From IMG/VR virus record IMGVR_UViG_3300046007_001549: a stretch of DNA of 64,000 bases; one strand, given 5' to 3'. The position numbers and the translations under genes are program-made. Of this stretch, positions 22,601 to 29,085 are shown piece after piece (the first letter of the stretch is position 1; every line of letters starts with the position of its first letter). Source of the DNA: an uncultured virus (IMG/VR IMGVR_UViG_3300046007_001549). Lineage: Duplodnaviria; Heunggongvirae; Uroviricota; Caudoviricetes. The notes beneath the pieces were generated by a model. It was not told the DNA's origin, did no database searches, and saw only the letters and a list, made by a program, of their open reading frames with translations.

Positions 22601-23965
22601 ACATTTGAAGAAGCTGGTAAGTGGATGCAAAGCATTGGTTCGTTGCAATCAATAACCAATGGAACAAGAGCATTGGCTAAACAGCGTATTCAAAGACTGA
22701 TCTGGAAGTATATGAAGAAGGGTAGTATTGAAAAGCTGTTTGATGCTCTACAAGAATCCTTAACAGCTGATGAACTAGCTGCTCTTAAAAAAGCAGCAGC
22801 TTCCGATAGTAAAGCAGAAGCAGCTCTATGGAAAAAGTTTGCTGGCATTGCCAGACACGAAGCTAAGTTTGGTGATCCCAACGAAGCAGCCTTGTTCCTA
22901 AAGTATGGTCTAAGTACCAAGGAACAGATTGCACATTTACGATGGGCAATGGAAAAGGCAGGACATAGAGATGGTAGAATTAATATCTTTAACATTTCAG
23001 ATATCTATGAAGACCTCAGAGATAATCCAGTTGATGGGTTTGATCCTGAAGTTCTAGCATCTGCTATATCAGCATATGCTCATATGGTTGAAGACCTGAT
23101 TATTAAAACTTCTACTTCTGAACTTAAGGGTTTAAATAAGGTTACTTCTTTAGACTCTCGTAGTACTTTTGGAAGAATGTTCTATGCTCTGACTTCTTGG
23201 GTACGCGCTTATCAAGACAATGTAATTCTTGATTTCGGTAGTCGTAGTACAGTCAAGTATATTGCTAGTGGTATTTTCTTATATGCCGCTATGGATACTA
23301 TCATTGGATTGTTTAAGGAATGGTTGGCTGGTAGAGAAACTGAGGATATCATGCAGGAGTTTGAAGACCAGCCCTCTCAGTTTGTATTACGCGGTGTAAG
23401 CCGTATTCCATTCCTTGGTATTGCCAACGGTCTAGTAGAAGCTGGCGCTAGTGCCATCTCTGGTATGACCGGAGGTTCTTATCAGTACTATGGTGTGCCT
23501 TTAATGCCTGCGGGTGCAGGAGCCAGCATGAGTGCTATCCAAGGAATTTATTACAATCTATCTGATATTACTTCAGATGCTATTATGAAACGCGAAGCCA
23601 ACCTTAAGGCATTGTCTGGTCTATTCGGAGCTGAGACTCTGATTAACCGAAGCCCTCTAGCTATTCCCGCAAGAATGCTAGAAACTAACAATGCTTTCCA
23701 AGAGGCCGATGCAATTCAAAAGTATCTAGAGCTTGTACATAGAAACCCATATCCTTACATGGATAAGGCAGCTTCTAGAGTCAAGCCAGTTGGTATTGAG
23801 AATGTAGTCACACCAAGAAACCTAGATCTAGAGAGACAGCAATATCTCAAAGACCTAGAAAAAAGACAGAAACAACAATCTCTTATTCGACCTCCAGCTA
23901 TAGGATTTAACGACCAGAAAGGTGTATCTGGTATCCTAGGTGATATCCTAGGTCAATCCGAATAG
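13694..23965 (+). CDS. Giant multidomain internal virion protein (gp16-like, polyvalent)
   Basis: 3423 aa; Gly/Ala hydrophobic segments at aa ~310-470, HELGH zincin motif, sigma-like region, helical C-terminus. Confidence 0.75.
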   Translation: MFNYTQGFPLVEDRPSAGLLSLKAYTPAQVLSAYDGDNLEFLDSSKISDPLYWTRGETKKTETYNEWFAIQQALGTLEGNLTGISDQYLGIANEPLKGAALRQLVGKAPLTPWRWSDSELTEEALAQDQKELNTLLEAEQGIDIASIPVDQLTENQNLIRKLASKFAYVEAEKKAKDKLGFNWIDLLDAQEIFGISLSDRELAGDTKDIEERLSRFDPNFDSKSWFASKFSDEIVTRGLLENGITADLIADAPNEDAAFMRIMSRLSITDLQRRAASYTPTTLDKGRLFRDTIITGVINSPDTIPSVVAELGLAGIASVFGTPAAGVATLGATSAVTSALGGTSVFMRLKKAYDAIGAASKTMKVAGYAAETLYKMPIGIMPSYVKNFGLIRGTAASFTFGAVQGGMAEYARQQREIAFGASTLYATPNAMTDYNFSLVARSALESGAAFGAVFGLGGGLLRSGVGALKNRMSGVLIDPVTGVRNIADQRFTFESTPLGNTIDNIRNFVGKEERALIDAPVPDQLAAESILNKTEVTTDTLVSRTEARVDRVETREAARSPDAARATPEDAGTRRYEGETIPEYVARVAPNRAIRNIYEIMSEVARRTPTEGSLRLIESSEQFDNMSIQDQMRVLFNSKKVLEDAKKAETDSVGLPKERERLYDELEKSRKSWFARLKKKLPKAAFKALKEELEENKKASGKRLPDLLKEARNTGKTAAERKAASDELAARLLETASAMAAAPDREAAIRSTVPPEVLDSLEAAVVEQHLTGTISDETADSIIKNIAGEEVETKLSPLNRVARAAKNAITVAKISPDRVKKIKAIIKDPDSFVSVIDGDKDNALRFFDFVNELVLNDMISEIDRNLLLASTVHLNFSSKAFNIQFAVESVLENGKIQPDIVGIFRRRNNSIVMNSDFTGTTASIKRRRAKTLLHELGHAYFAHEASGANYLDALRLYNKTILTSGVELMRVRPETTDPLLDSAFLGQYHMQNAEEMFVQTFSQILFTEAEAAINTFSPPQVSRARNVLDKLATNITLAAAMFNKSDYYNAAKDIIDSITEVDSKLKDRVSMPTLARTYSKLYPMFDTVTDAAEYNKKIDAEFPNQDMKPYHLNQAEVDLFAKTKGDPSFIIAMTIMKADRRSFIDANGNFTKSLVDLVKTYNDYKTTQLTSMQIKIAFLVGSLDYKKIEALDKFDRLDFIKDELFSVYSRTIFKGKSKRTLVPATYEDLDALKNLDTMDYLDPTGNSVPYAVGFFGTSGETLINAIASTQPKGKALVADALSADDVAKLVEAMRTDAALTTNLIDRLRIYLDNIGLPELANVVTEVNHLAYIERLKTEGMLDVEPSTPIWPNKEVANTSLALMLKEKLSVEQIKVILKANLSSSTYSYITNKYSTPKKLLGAVSKLIDEDGLVFNQDSQRWGIKLTSAKPKVTVEAQAQAISLETTVLTKDNLMKVIARIGEKYSRGTDTDEYFTEALASMMMPREQAKELGGVAGNLELILSKIENGSLATVKDFVNYIHATANNLRKNQQKKAPEVKATAADRIVTTKKDIRFTILSEALAFNTATQGRLLTPQEIELIRVFNESSSMAEAGAKLKRSARTAGNYRAKLIAKITDVFEQASIRLDSDRTAITAALNKYFDTVASVVDKAKPDTEKKVTSKVTEAKSKPEKSPVEAGARMAQTAALAEKLRNKNPDPVPVPVPANTEAVLYKVTDEVTGNEPEKVLRPSEQADAIIHGSQTAAKEAVAFTPKKPLGMDFGTSQELASQPEKLAGVLRSASRLGFDALVFKDGSVIPINIEELPVVGKTVIKKEPDAPAEVEITTVDKTPVLNVISKPRQPAQPKARKESFPVKVVKKKVLQTKPKSKGGSKTKLSDLKKELLTSFKTRKERIDHLVKLGYAKVFNTDSGNTPFVLLEDRLTVVINVKGKDIPFYISTGLGGKKDVAAGQWYPFFGMTEDNSWFIKLTGKEINDVYGSPELKAVKELLDESFGNLDDEMQQLPMGNTLEEMRSIRSEFYKETGLDGVLAQNKKAVDSLSTLLKTLNTSGIKKGDPYNKVKAFIDSVVKEISEGKELEAPSVTPSTPRIPTPPKREVPVEPIESDLVKTPETDVVERKTNDDPALLRQAGMDSNFLKTFIKKYWESKIEADSGTTMTPMFKNMWAHFVNVNQYIADANKRVLGDDIMDKFWKAVDRLRTESLLRKVTEGPAGKKPLTYRQMLEKAAEEIKVDGKSDFVIPLLPEEIKFVKVNAEGDYRLSARSKKAKDIIDAAGEDPKLPGPPRADVIIREGEGQPELPIKIEEEPPTPKEKIIDSKINQSEAGASRLLRFNNMVGAIFGGNQRDSKSWWEDLMNKSTNATQGTSALGKTIRSTVDRLSFASRFFDDTRTQTAHLVGAGKTAFKTAMQLRSEEGRLMTRIFREYARLHNIVPRMTNDVRAKLDMYVYESLYKNRQPNKADLVALGVPVHLAQEVAKQASMLIKSSQIANRNILELETQTGRMSIVDENGNPVSHLTYAPVQLDHEGLARLDQNSRAALINAMVTARTNRKLNDPMLDMNTMIVMGWLDVAFDDDAKTLSVFAPDRTIKYSESANMFSNDTLLKLFDSEIKKEGITGRKSEILRLLRKSNPEKFFVLEFDDKYVIYRVPEKVTDLAPADKAKYVEAIKGNTAMYTDRWRTILNNKNLIEREMKEILKFKTKQYPYNNPDDFHSVAKQPFFKIDPEGKTALPIRGLTPEEVLSTPETRAVLRTNLSESYFYFLKGRYFELAFQRELDRMFGQTGITILDVFDYVEKASYEDFDRIAELAGWTPEQLSYAQKNLAEGIKRLREEYQFNADTLPYLNSETGYLARVGLAAIRFKFSAGYGISAFAETMVELAKQSPELYSVPVNVIKAMRYVFADYRLSKRKLLESDIGDMTFILENFRTDFANRFMGEIGYGAFRSDSRLGTKVANSVLNIRDAQGIIETSTRTFEEAGKWMQSIGSLQSITNGTRALAKQRIQRLIWKYMKKGSIEKLFDALQESLTADELAALKKAAASDSKAEAALWKKFAGIARHEAKFGDPNEAALFLKYGLSTKEQIAHLRWAMEKAGHRDGRINIFNISDIYEDLRDNPVDGFDPEVLASAISAYAHMVEDLIIKTSTSELKGLNKVTSLDSRSTFGRMFYALTSWVRAYQDNVILDFGSRSTVKYIASGIFLYAAMDTIIGLFKEWLAGRETEDIMQEFEDQPSQFVLRGVSRIPFLGIANGLVEAGASAISGMTGGSYQYYGVPLMPAGAGASMSAIQGIYYNLSDITSDAIMKREANLKALSGLFGAETLINRSPLAIPARMLETNNAFQEADAIQKYLELVHRNPYPYMDKAASRVKPVGIENVVTPRNLDLERQQYLKDLEKRQKQQSLIRPPAIGFNDQKGVSGILGDILGQSE

Positions 23966-23981
23966 TTGGGGCTATGGAAGA
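23958..23981 (+). promoter_or_regulatory. Candidate phage RNAP promoter, copy 1
   Basis: CCGAATAGTTGGGGCTATGGAAGA; matches the 5-copy motif. Confidence 0.65.
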
Positions 23982-24057
23982 TATACCATAGGTTAACCCC
24001 TAGGATATCCCCTATAGTTTGAATTTAGGTTTTGTATTGTCTTTGCTAACCTATACA

Positions 24058-24094
24058 CCCCTAGGTTCCTTAAGTGGAGCCTAGGGGATTCTTT
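24058..24094 (+). terminator. Hairpin terminator after the last late gene
   Basis: CCCCTAGGTTCC-TTAAGT-GGAGCCTAGGGG then ATTCTTT. Confidence 0.6.
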
Positions 24095-24840
24095 AGTTAT
24101 TAATACAACAATAATAACAACAAAGGTGATCCCTTGTTGATCATCGCACTCCGGGGTTTCCCCCCGGTTTTAACCCTTGTTTATTTCGCCTACGATGCCC
24201 GGAGACAGCTCCGGTTAGACCGAAGGGGACCAAGGACCATCCCAACCCAAAATCCCCCTATAAGCGGTTTAAAGCTGTTGGCCTCCCCGGTAAGCCTTTT
24301 GGGATTCCCGTAAGTGAAAATCGGCTTAGGGGTCAGAAATTAGCGAAGGGTGGTCCCCCCTAGTCCCCCCGGTCCCGCCCCCCCCCTACCCCCCTACGAG
24401 TTACCGGACTCTCCCCGGCGGTTCCGATAACCCCGGCAGGGCTAGGTCCGATAACCTCGGCCTGCCCCGGAAAGGTTATGGGACGCTGGTTGCCGATGGT
24501 TGCCGTTTCCGGCGCGGGAACCCTTGAAAGTGTCGCCCCCGTGCGGCCTTCGAACCCCGCCGCGTTCCGCCCCCGGTCTGATTGGGGCGGGTTCCTCCCG
24601 CGCATCCTGCGCTGAGGGTAGCACGAACGGTAAGCCCGCCAGCGGCATCCCCCGTAACCAATCGGGGGCGGCCAACGGAGTGAGTGAGGCGAACCCTAGT
24701 AGCGGCTACCGGATTGCAGGCTCTAGTAGGAGGATCGACCCGATGCGCTGCACGGGTTTGGGTGGACGCGGGTTTGCAACAACCGTGCCACACGGGAGCC
24801 TACAATGCGAGTAGGCGGCTAATCCCCGATGATTCTAAAC
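24095..24840. other. Non-coding gap probably containing the physical genome ends
   Basis: Only long gene-free stretch, between last late and first early genes; abrupt GC rise and C-run tract at ~24353-24395. Confidence 0.55.
24775..24790 (-). promoter_or_regulatory. Sigma-54 (-24/-12) consensus site
   Basis: Reverse strand reads TGGCACGGTTGTTGCA, matching TGGCACG-N4-TTGCW. Confidence 0.55.
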
Positions 24841-24960
24841 TTTGGTCCGATATCCCCTGCATTCTTTCGCGGGGGATATCGGCTAGGGTACATTCCCGCG
24901 AATGTGCGCCTAGCCGATAGCCGCGTGGCTTTCGGATTCGCAAGTTTGCCAAAGGTAACA

Positions 24961-25359
24961 ATGAACTACGATACTTTCCGCCGCGTGGCTGTCGCCTGCA
25001 ACTTTGCCGCCGCGTTCAATGACAATCTCAAGTTGACCGATACGGGCAAGGTGGACGCCCGTAACTTTGCGTCGATCATGGAACATGACGCTAAGTATCT
25101 GTCGCCGGGATGTGTGACGGGCTATTCGATGCTGTCGATCCTGCTTGCGAAGGATGGTATCGACGCGACCACTTTCCGGTGGCGCGGCAATGCGACGAAG
25201 GGTATCGAGCCGCACCCGATGGCTGCGCAGTACATGGAATACGCCACCGCGTATCTCCGCGAGGCTTTCCCGTCGATGCGTTTCGATTCGGTGAACACTT
25301 CCACGCCGAAGCGCCGCGAGAATCTCCCGGCGGCTATCCTTGACGCTCTCGCCATCTAA
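24961..25359 (+). CDS. First early protein, hypothetical (GC-rich)
   Basis: ATG 24961 after AAGGT; consistent G/C-ending codon bias. Confidence 0.7.
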   Translation: MNYDTFRRVAVACNFAAAFNDNLKLTDTGKVDARNFASIMEHDAKYLSPGCVTGYSMLSILLAKDGIDATTFRWRGNATKGIEPHPMAAQYMEYATAYLREAFPSMRFDSVNTSTPKRRENLPAAILDALAI

Positions 25360-25451
25360 CCTATCCGTCTATCCCGCAAGGGATGGACGCTAGGGTATCC
25401 CTCACGGGGTATCCTAGCGTCTATCCGTTCGCACCTAACCCGGAGCAAACA

Positions 25452-25763
25452 ATGAAGAGTTTCCAGACTGTCGTTCTCACGGACTATGTGAAGCGCGCCC
25501 GTACCACGGGAACCCTTGCCGATGCCGCTATCGCTGCGGACTATCTGATGAAAGTTTCCGGTGCGCCCTATGCGGCCTGCATGAATGCCCTCCGCGCCAA
25601 GTACGGTATCCGCTATGCGGATCGTGCCTGCAAGGATCGTCCGTCGATCTATGTGGCGAAGAATCCCGCGAACGATCCGATCCCGGTTCGCTTTGATCGT
25701 ACCATCCTTAGCGAAACTAAGGTTCCCGACAATGTTCCGGCTACCATTGTCGCATCCATCTAA
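25452..25763 (+). CDS. Early hypothetical protein
   Basis: SD GGAG, ATG 25452. Confidence 0.7.
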   Translation: MKSFQTVVLTDYVKRARTTGTLADAAIAADYLMKVSGAPYAACMNALRAKYGIRYADRACKDRPSIYVAKNPANDPIPVRFDRTILSETKVPDNVPATIVASI

Positions 25764-25775
25764 CCCGGAGGAACC

Positions 25776-25973
25776 ATGCCGAAGGAACAATGGTTGAGGG
25801 AAGTTTCGTATGTGTTCACAATGATGCGGTGGCCCAATGTTTCCGATGGGGAACTAAACGACCGCATGGATACGCTTTCCAAGAATGCACCAAAGGGTGT
25901 AGACTTGTCGCGTACATTCCGTGAGTTTAGCCGTCGAATGGCTAATCGGATCAATGATGGGGTAGGTTTCTGA
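25776..25973 (+). CDS. Early hypothetical protein
   Basis: SD GGAGG. Confidence 0.65.
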   Translation: MPKEQWLREVSYVFTMMRWPNVSDGELNDRMDTLSKNAPKGVDLSRTFREFSRRMANRINDGVGF

Positions 25974-25979
25974 TTCTCC

Positions 25980-26013
25980 GGTATACCGTAGGGAAACCTA
26001 TGGTATACCTTTC
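25980..26013. repeat. Hairpin direct repeat, copy 1
   Basis: GGTATACCGTAGG-GAAA-CCTATGGTATACC TTTC. Confidence 0.9.
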
Positions 26014-26356
26014 GGATTGTGAGTAGACCCATATGGGTAGACTGGCTATGAGTTACCGTAGCATGTTAACAAAGCATCCTTACGGTAAGTACCGCTTTAG
26101 TTTACTCAACTATAAATGACTCACGAATCCATCATGGTTTGGTGTAATCCATAAACACCACGAACTAACTTTGCCTATGAAGTATCAAGCATAGGTATCG
26201 GATGGTAGGTTCGATTCCTACATACCCCTAAATAAGACGATGATAAGTCTACGCGGGGGGTATTCAATCAGGCAAGAATCCGCTGCGTTATCCCGGCAGT
26301 ATTACGGGATGTAAACTAATCCTAAATGGGACGGCGCGCTTGTCCTAAGATTTAGG
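26014..26356 (+). ncRNA. Structured ncRNA candidate with permuted tRNA-like domain
   Basis: T-arm GTAGG-TTCGATT-CCTAC (26205-26221); ATACCCC pairs with downstream GGGGTAT; GG-containing D-like loop; several more hairpins; no + strand ORF in the track. Confidence 0.6.
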
Positions 26357-26357
26357 C

Positions 26358-26391
26358 GGTATACCGTAGGGAAACTTACGGTATACCTTTC
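26358..26391. repeat. Hairpin direct repeat, copy 2
   Basis: GGTATACCGTAGG-GAAA-CTTACGGTATACC TTTC. Confidence 0.9.
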
Positions 26392-26437
26392 CGTCTGATT
26401 TCTTTCTCTCATCCGGCTATGCCGGGAAGGATAAGCA

Positions 26438-26719
26438 ATGTACAATAGCACCACGATTGTTAAGGCTAAGGCTATGTCCGAAACTCTTTCCAAGGTTTCG
26501 TTTGACAGCCTTACCAATGACACGGCCAAGCATAACTATGAGAATATGCTTGGGATTCTCACTAGACTTTCTGTTGTTGCGGGGAACTATGAGAAGTTGT
26601 GTCATACGGATGCTAGTCTTATCCGTGCTTACGAGGATAGGATTGGTGAGTTGGAGCGTGAGATTATTCGTCTGAAGAATGATCAGGCGAATATCAAGTG
26701 GACTAACATCAACCTCTAA
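26438..26719 (+). CDS. Early coiled-coil protein
   Basis: SD AAGGA; heptad C-terminus. Confidence 0.7.
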   Translation: MYNSTTIVKAKAMSETLSKVSFDSLTNDTAKHNYENMLGILTRLSVVAGNYEKLCHTDASLIRAYEDRIGELEREIIRLKNDQANIKWTNINL

Positions 26720-26734
26720 TCGGAGGAACTAACA

Positions 26735-26821
26735 ATGTTTGAGCTGATTTTCGGCGTGATTGCTATCGTCTTTCTGTATGTTCTTGTTGTTTCCATTGAC
26801 GAGAATAAGAGGATCAAGTAA
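26735..26821 (+). CDS. 28-aa membrane peptide (not in track)
   Basis: SD GGAGG; MFELIFGVIAIVFLYVLVVSIDENKRIK. Confidence 0.6.
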   Translation: MFELIFGVIAIVFLYVLVVSIDENKRIK

Positions 26822-26985
26822 TGCAGCCCTTTGATATCATGGTTGTGTTGGCTAACGATGAGATGTATAGCCACAAGGTGTACGCTTATAGCGATGCCGA
26901 GGCTAAGCAGGCTATCTCTATGTTCTATAGTGATAGCACTATCCTTGGTATCATCTTCGGTACTTCTGATAAGGAAGGAATCTAA
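26821..26985 (+). CDS. 54-aa early hypothetical protein (not in track)
   Basis: TAATG coupling at both ends. Confidence 0.6.
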   Translation: MQPFDIMVVLANDEMYSHKVYAYSDAEAKQAISMFYSDSTILGIIFGTSDKEGI

Positions 26986-27224
26986 TGTTTGAGTATCATG
27001 TGGTCGTGAACGGTAATAGTGTGGCATGGTTTGACACTAAGTATGAGGCCAATCGTAGTGCCGTTGAGTATGCGATGAAGAATCCCGGCTCTAATGTTTT
27101 GGTTGAGTGCTTGGAGTTTACACTTGATCCTGAAGATACAGACGAGGATGATATCCTTACTGAGCAGAACCTCAACTATTACAACGATGTAATGGGTGAT
27201 GCTGCTCGTCGGTGGTATTCCTAA
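26985..27224 (+). CDS. Acidic early hypothetical protein
   Basis: SD AAGGA, TAATG coupling. Confidence 0.65.
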   Translation: MFEYHVVVNGNSVAWFDTKYEANRSAVEYAMKNPGSNVLVECLEFTLDPEDTDEDDILTEQNLNYYNDVMGDAARRWYS

Positions 27225-27238
27225 GAAAGGAAATCGAC

Positions 27239-27472
27239 ATGAAGGATACTGATTACTGGTCGAAACTTTCGTACTATAACTGGACATTCCGACAGAACAA
27301 TAGCTTTGGGTATTTCATTGGGCCTGTTGAGTTTACTGTTACTGCCCGTAATGAAGACGATGCTTGGGATGCACTCACTAAGCAGCCTTGGTTTACTACA
27401 AACTATGATTGCGATTGTTGTGGAGAGCGTTGGTCTAGGTCTAGTGTTGAACAATCTTCGGAGGTATACTAA
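27239..27472 (+). CDS. Conserved phage protein with QNNS.G and DCxCCGERW motifs
   Basis: FRQNNSFGYF..YDCDCCGERWS; SD AAGGA. Confidence 0.7.
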   Translation: MKDTDYWSKLSYYNWTFRQNNSFGYFIGPVEFTVTARNEDDAWDALTKQPWFTTNYDCDCCGERWSRSSVEQSSEVY

Positions 27473-27798
27473 TGAAGTACAAGCACACTATCTATTTGCC
27501 TAAGCATGACAACGATGATACGCCCGGATCGTATCACATTGCAGATAACATTCGCAAGGAAATCATTGGTGCTATGACCCGTAACTTTAATGGTTGTAGT
27601 ATCGTTGATGTGAATGGATACTGGATGAATGACCGTGGTATTGTCATGCGTGATAAGGTGTGGGCTATCTATACCATCACCGATGCTAAGACTATTGAAG
27701 GAATGATTGCATTTTACATTAGTCTTATCAAAGATTCGTTGCACCAAGAGACTGTCATGTATACCATTGAGGAGGTTAACGATGTCATCTTCATGTGA
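27472..27798 (+). CDS. Putative SAM lyase-like (DUF3574-type) protein
   Basis: FNGCS..NGYW..G....D....LHQETV pattern; 108 aa; early position. Confidence 0.5.
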   Translation: MKYKHTIYLPKHDNDDTPGSYHIADNIRKEIIGAMTRNFNGCSIVDVNGYWMNDRGIVMRDKVWAIYTITDAKTIEGMIAFYISLIKDSLHQETVMYTIEEVNDVIFM

Positions 27799-27973
27799 GC
27801 GTGAGTATTACCCTGATCCTGATGAGATCTATGAGCAGAGGTTTGAGTATGATTCCTATGAGGGTGAGCATGATCCCCGTCTTTATGATTCATGTCCTGA
27901 TGCATACCATGTAGAGGATTATGAGGATGATGAGGATGATGAGATTCCCTTTATTGAGGATGGAGATATCTAA
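27782..27973 (+). CDS. Very acidic small protein
   Basis: SD GAGGAGG; D/E/Y-rich. Confidence 0.65.
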   Translation: MSSSCEREYYPDPDEIYEQRFEYDSYEGEHDPRLYDSCPDAYHVEDYEDDEDDEIPFIEDGDI

Positions 27974-28113
27974 TGAAAGTTGTCGTTGTCTTTGATTATC
28001 CCGAGGTAGGTAACTCTAGTTCAGCTTTTGCTGATGATGTTATTGATGAACTTATGCTTAACCTAAAGCGTATCGGTGACAACTGGACTATTGAGGAAGC
28101 ATTCGATGACTAA
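27973..28113 (+). CDS. 46-aa hypothetical protein (not in track)
   Basis: SD GGAG, TAATG coupling. Confidence 0.55.
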   Translation: MKVVVVFDYPEVGNSSSAFADDVIDELMLNLKRIGDNWTIEEAFDD

Positions 28114-28300
28114 GTTTATCGTTAAGAAGGAGCATGACTATGACGGCATCTGGTTTATGGTCTATGTCAACGGCCAATCTATCACCGGATTTAGAGACAA
28201 CATGGATGCCCATGTATATGGAGCGTGGTATACAAATCCAAATTATGCCAACCTTTCTGAACGACAGTCTGATCTACATGGTTCAAGTAATAACTCCTGA
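28106..28300 (+). CDS. Early hypothetical protein
   Basis: SD GAGGA, ATG 28106. Confidence 0.6.
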   Translation: MTKFIVKKEHDYDGIWFMVYVNGQSITGFRDNMDAHVYGAWYTNPNYANLSERQSDLHGSSNNS

Positions 28301-28363
28301 TGCACCATATTGGCTGACTATCGGAGCGTTTGAAACTCCCGCACTTGCACTAACTACCCTCTG

Positions 28364-28387
28364 CCGAATGGTTGGGGCTACTGATAC
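28364..28387 (+). promoter_or_regulatory. Candidate phage RNAP promoter, copy 2
   Basis: CCGAATGGTTGGGGCTACTGATAC. Confidence 0.65.
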
Positions 28388-28407
28388 AGATCAGTAAGGT
28401 GAACCTT

Positions 28408-28668
28408 ATGAAGCGAACAAACAAACACTATCTAGAGTTTAACCATGAAGACTATGGTTTGATTAAGGTTGAGTATAGTATTGTATGGGTTATTGAAGAT
28501 GATGAATGGATCTTTGATAACCTATTTATCGAATGTGTTGAGCCTGATGGTTTCATTCCCATTGGTACACTCAAGTCTTATCTAGAGAATCATTGTCTTG
28601 ACAACGGCTACAATGCCACAACCCCCTATGAAGGAGAGCCTAATGAAGAGATTGATTATGCTGATTGA
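28408..28668 (+). CDS. Acidic hypothetical protein
   Basis: SD AAGGTGA, ATG 28408. Confidence 0.65.
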   Translation: MKRTNKHYLEFNHEDYGLIKVEYSIVWVIEDDEWIFDNLFIECVEPDGFIPIGTLKSYLENHCLDNGYNATTPYEGEPNEEIDYAD

Positions 28669-28873
28669 GGTTGAGGATGATAGTCAACAGCAGTTACTAT
28701 ATGATGTGCTGCAAGAAATGATTGAAGATCGTAGTCTCATGGGCTACTTTACTTTGGTTGATCATGGTAATCCCATTGAGGATCTTCCTGATTACATGGA
28801 GTACGAACGGAATAAGCTGTCGCCTATCATTGCAACCGAAGAGAAACTCTTTATCAAGAGAGAATCCAAGTGA
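28658..28873 (+). CDS. Acidic hypothetical protein
   Basis: Coupled ORF; start uncertain (28643 or 28658). Confidence 0.6.
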   Translation: MLIEVEDDSQQQLLYDVLQEMIEDRSLMGYFTLVDHGNPIEDLPDYMEYERNKLSPIIATEEKLFIKRESK

Positions 28874-29085
28874 AGCCTAGTACCTTCTTTGTTAGTGATG
28901 ATGTCTCCTTTATTAGTGAGGTGCATGATAAGTTCTTTCTTTGGATTGATGATTCAGAGAAGCGTGACAAGGCTATTGAAATGTTGAATGAGTTTGACCA
29001 GCGTACCTTTAATCGGTATTGGATTACTGATGAAGAGGAACTTATGATTGATTCCCTTGAACATCTTGTTGAGGCTTACTGCTAA
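28870..29085 (+). CDS. Acidic hypothetical protein
   Basis: GTGA coupling. Confidence 0.6.
   Translation: MKPSTFFVSDDVSFISEVHDKFFLWIDDSEKRDKAIEMLNEFDQRTFNRYWITDEEELMIDSLEHLVEAYC

Noticed and set aside
13694..23965. N4- or crAss-like virion RNA polymerase, suggested by size
   Set aside because: No single-subunit RNAP motifs and no DFDGD-type motif found
24360..24920. Short overlapping ORFs on both strands
   Set aside because: GC-rich stop-poor sequence giving R/G/P-rich translations with no SD
26160..26232. Conventional tRNA ending at this T-arm
   Set aside because: No upstream acceptor strand, D-arm or 7-nt anticodon loop at canonical spacing; the pairing partner lies downstream
25980..26391. 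CRISPR mini-array
   Set aside because: Only two repeats about 345 nt apart and no cas genes
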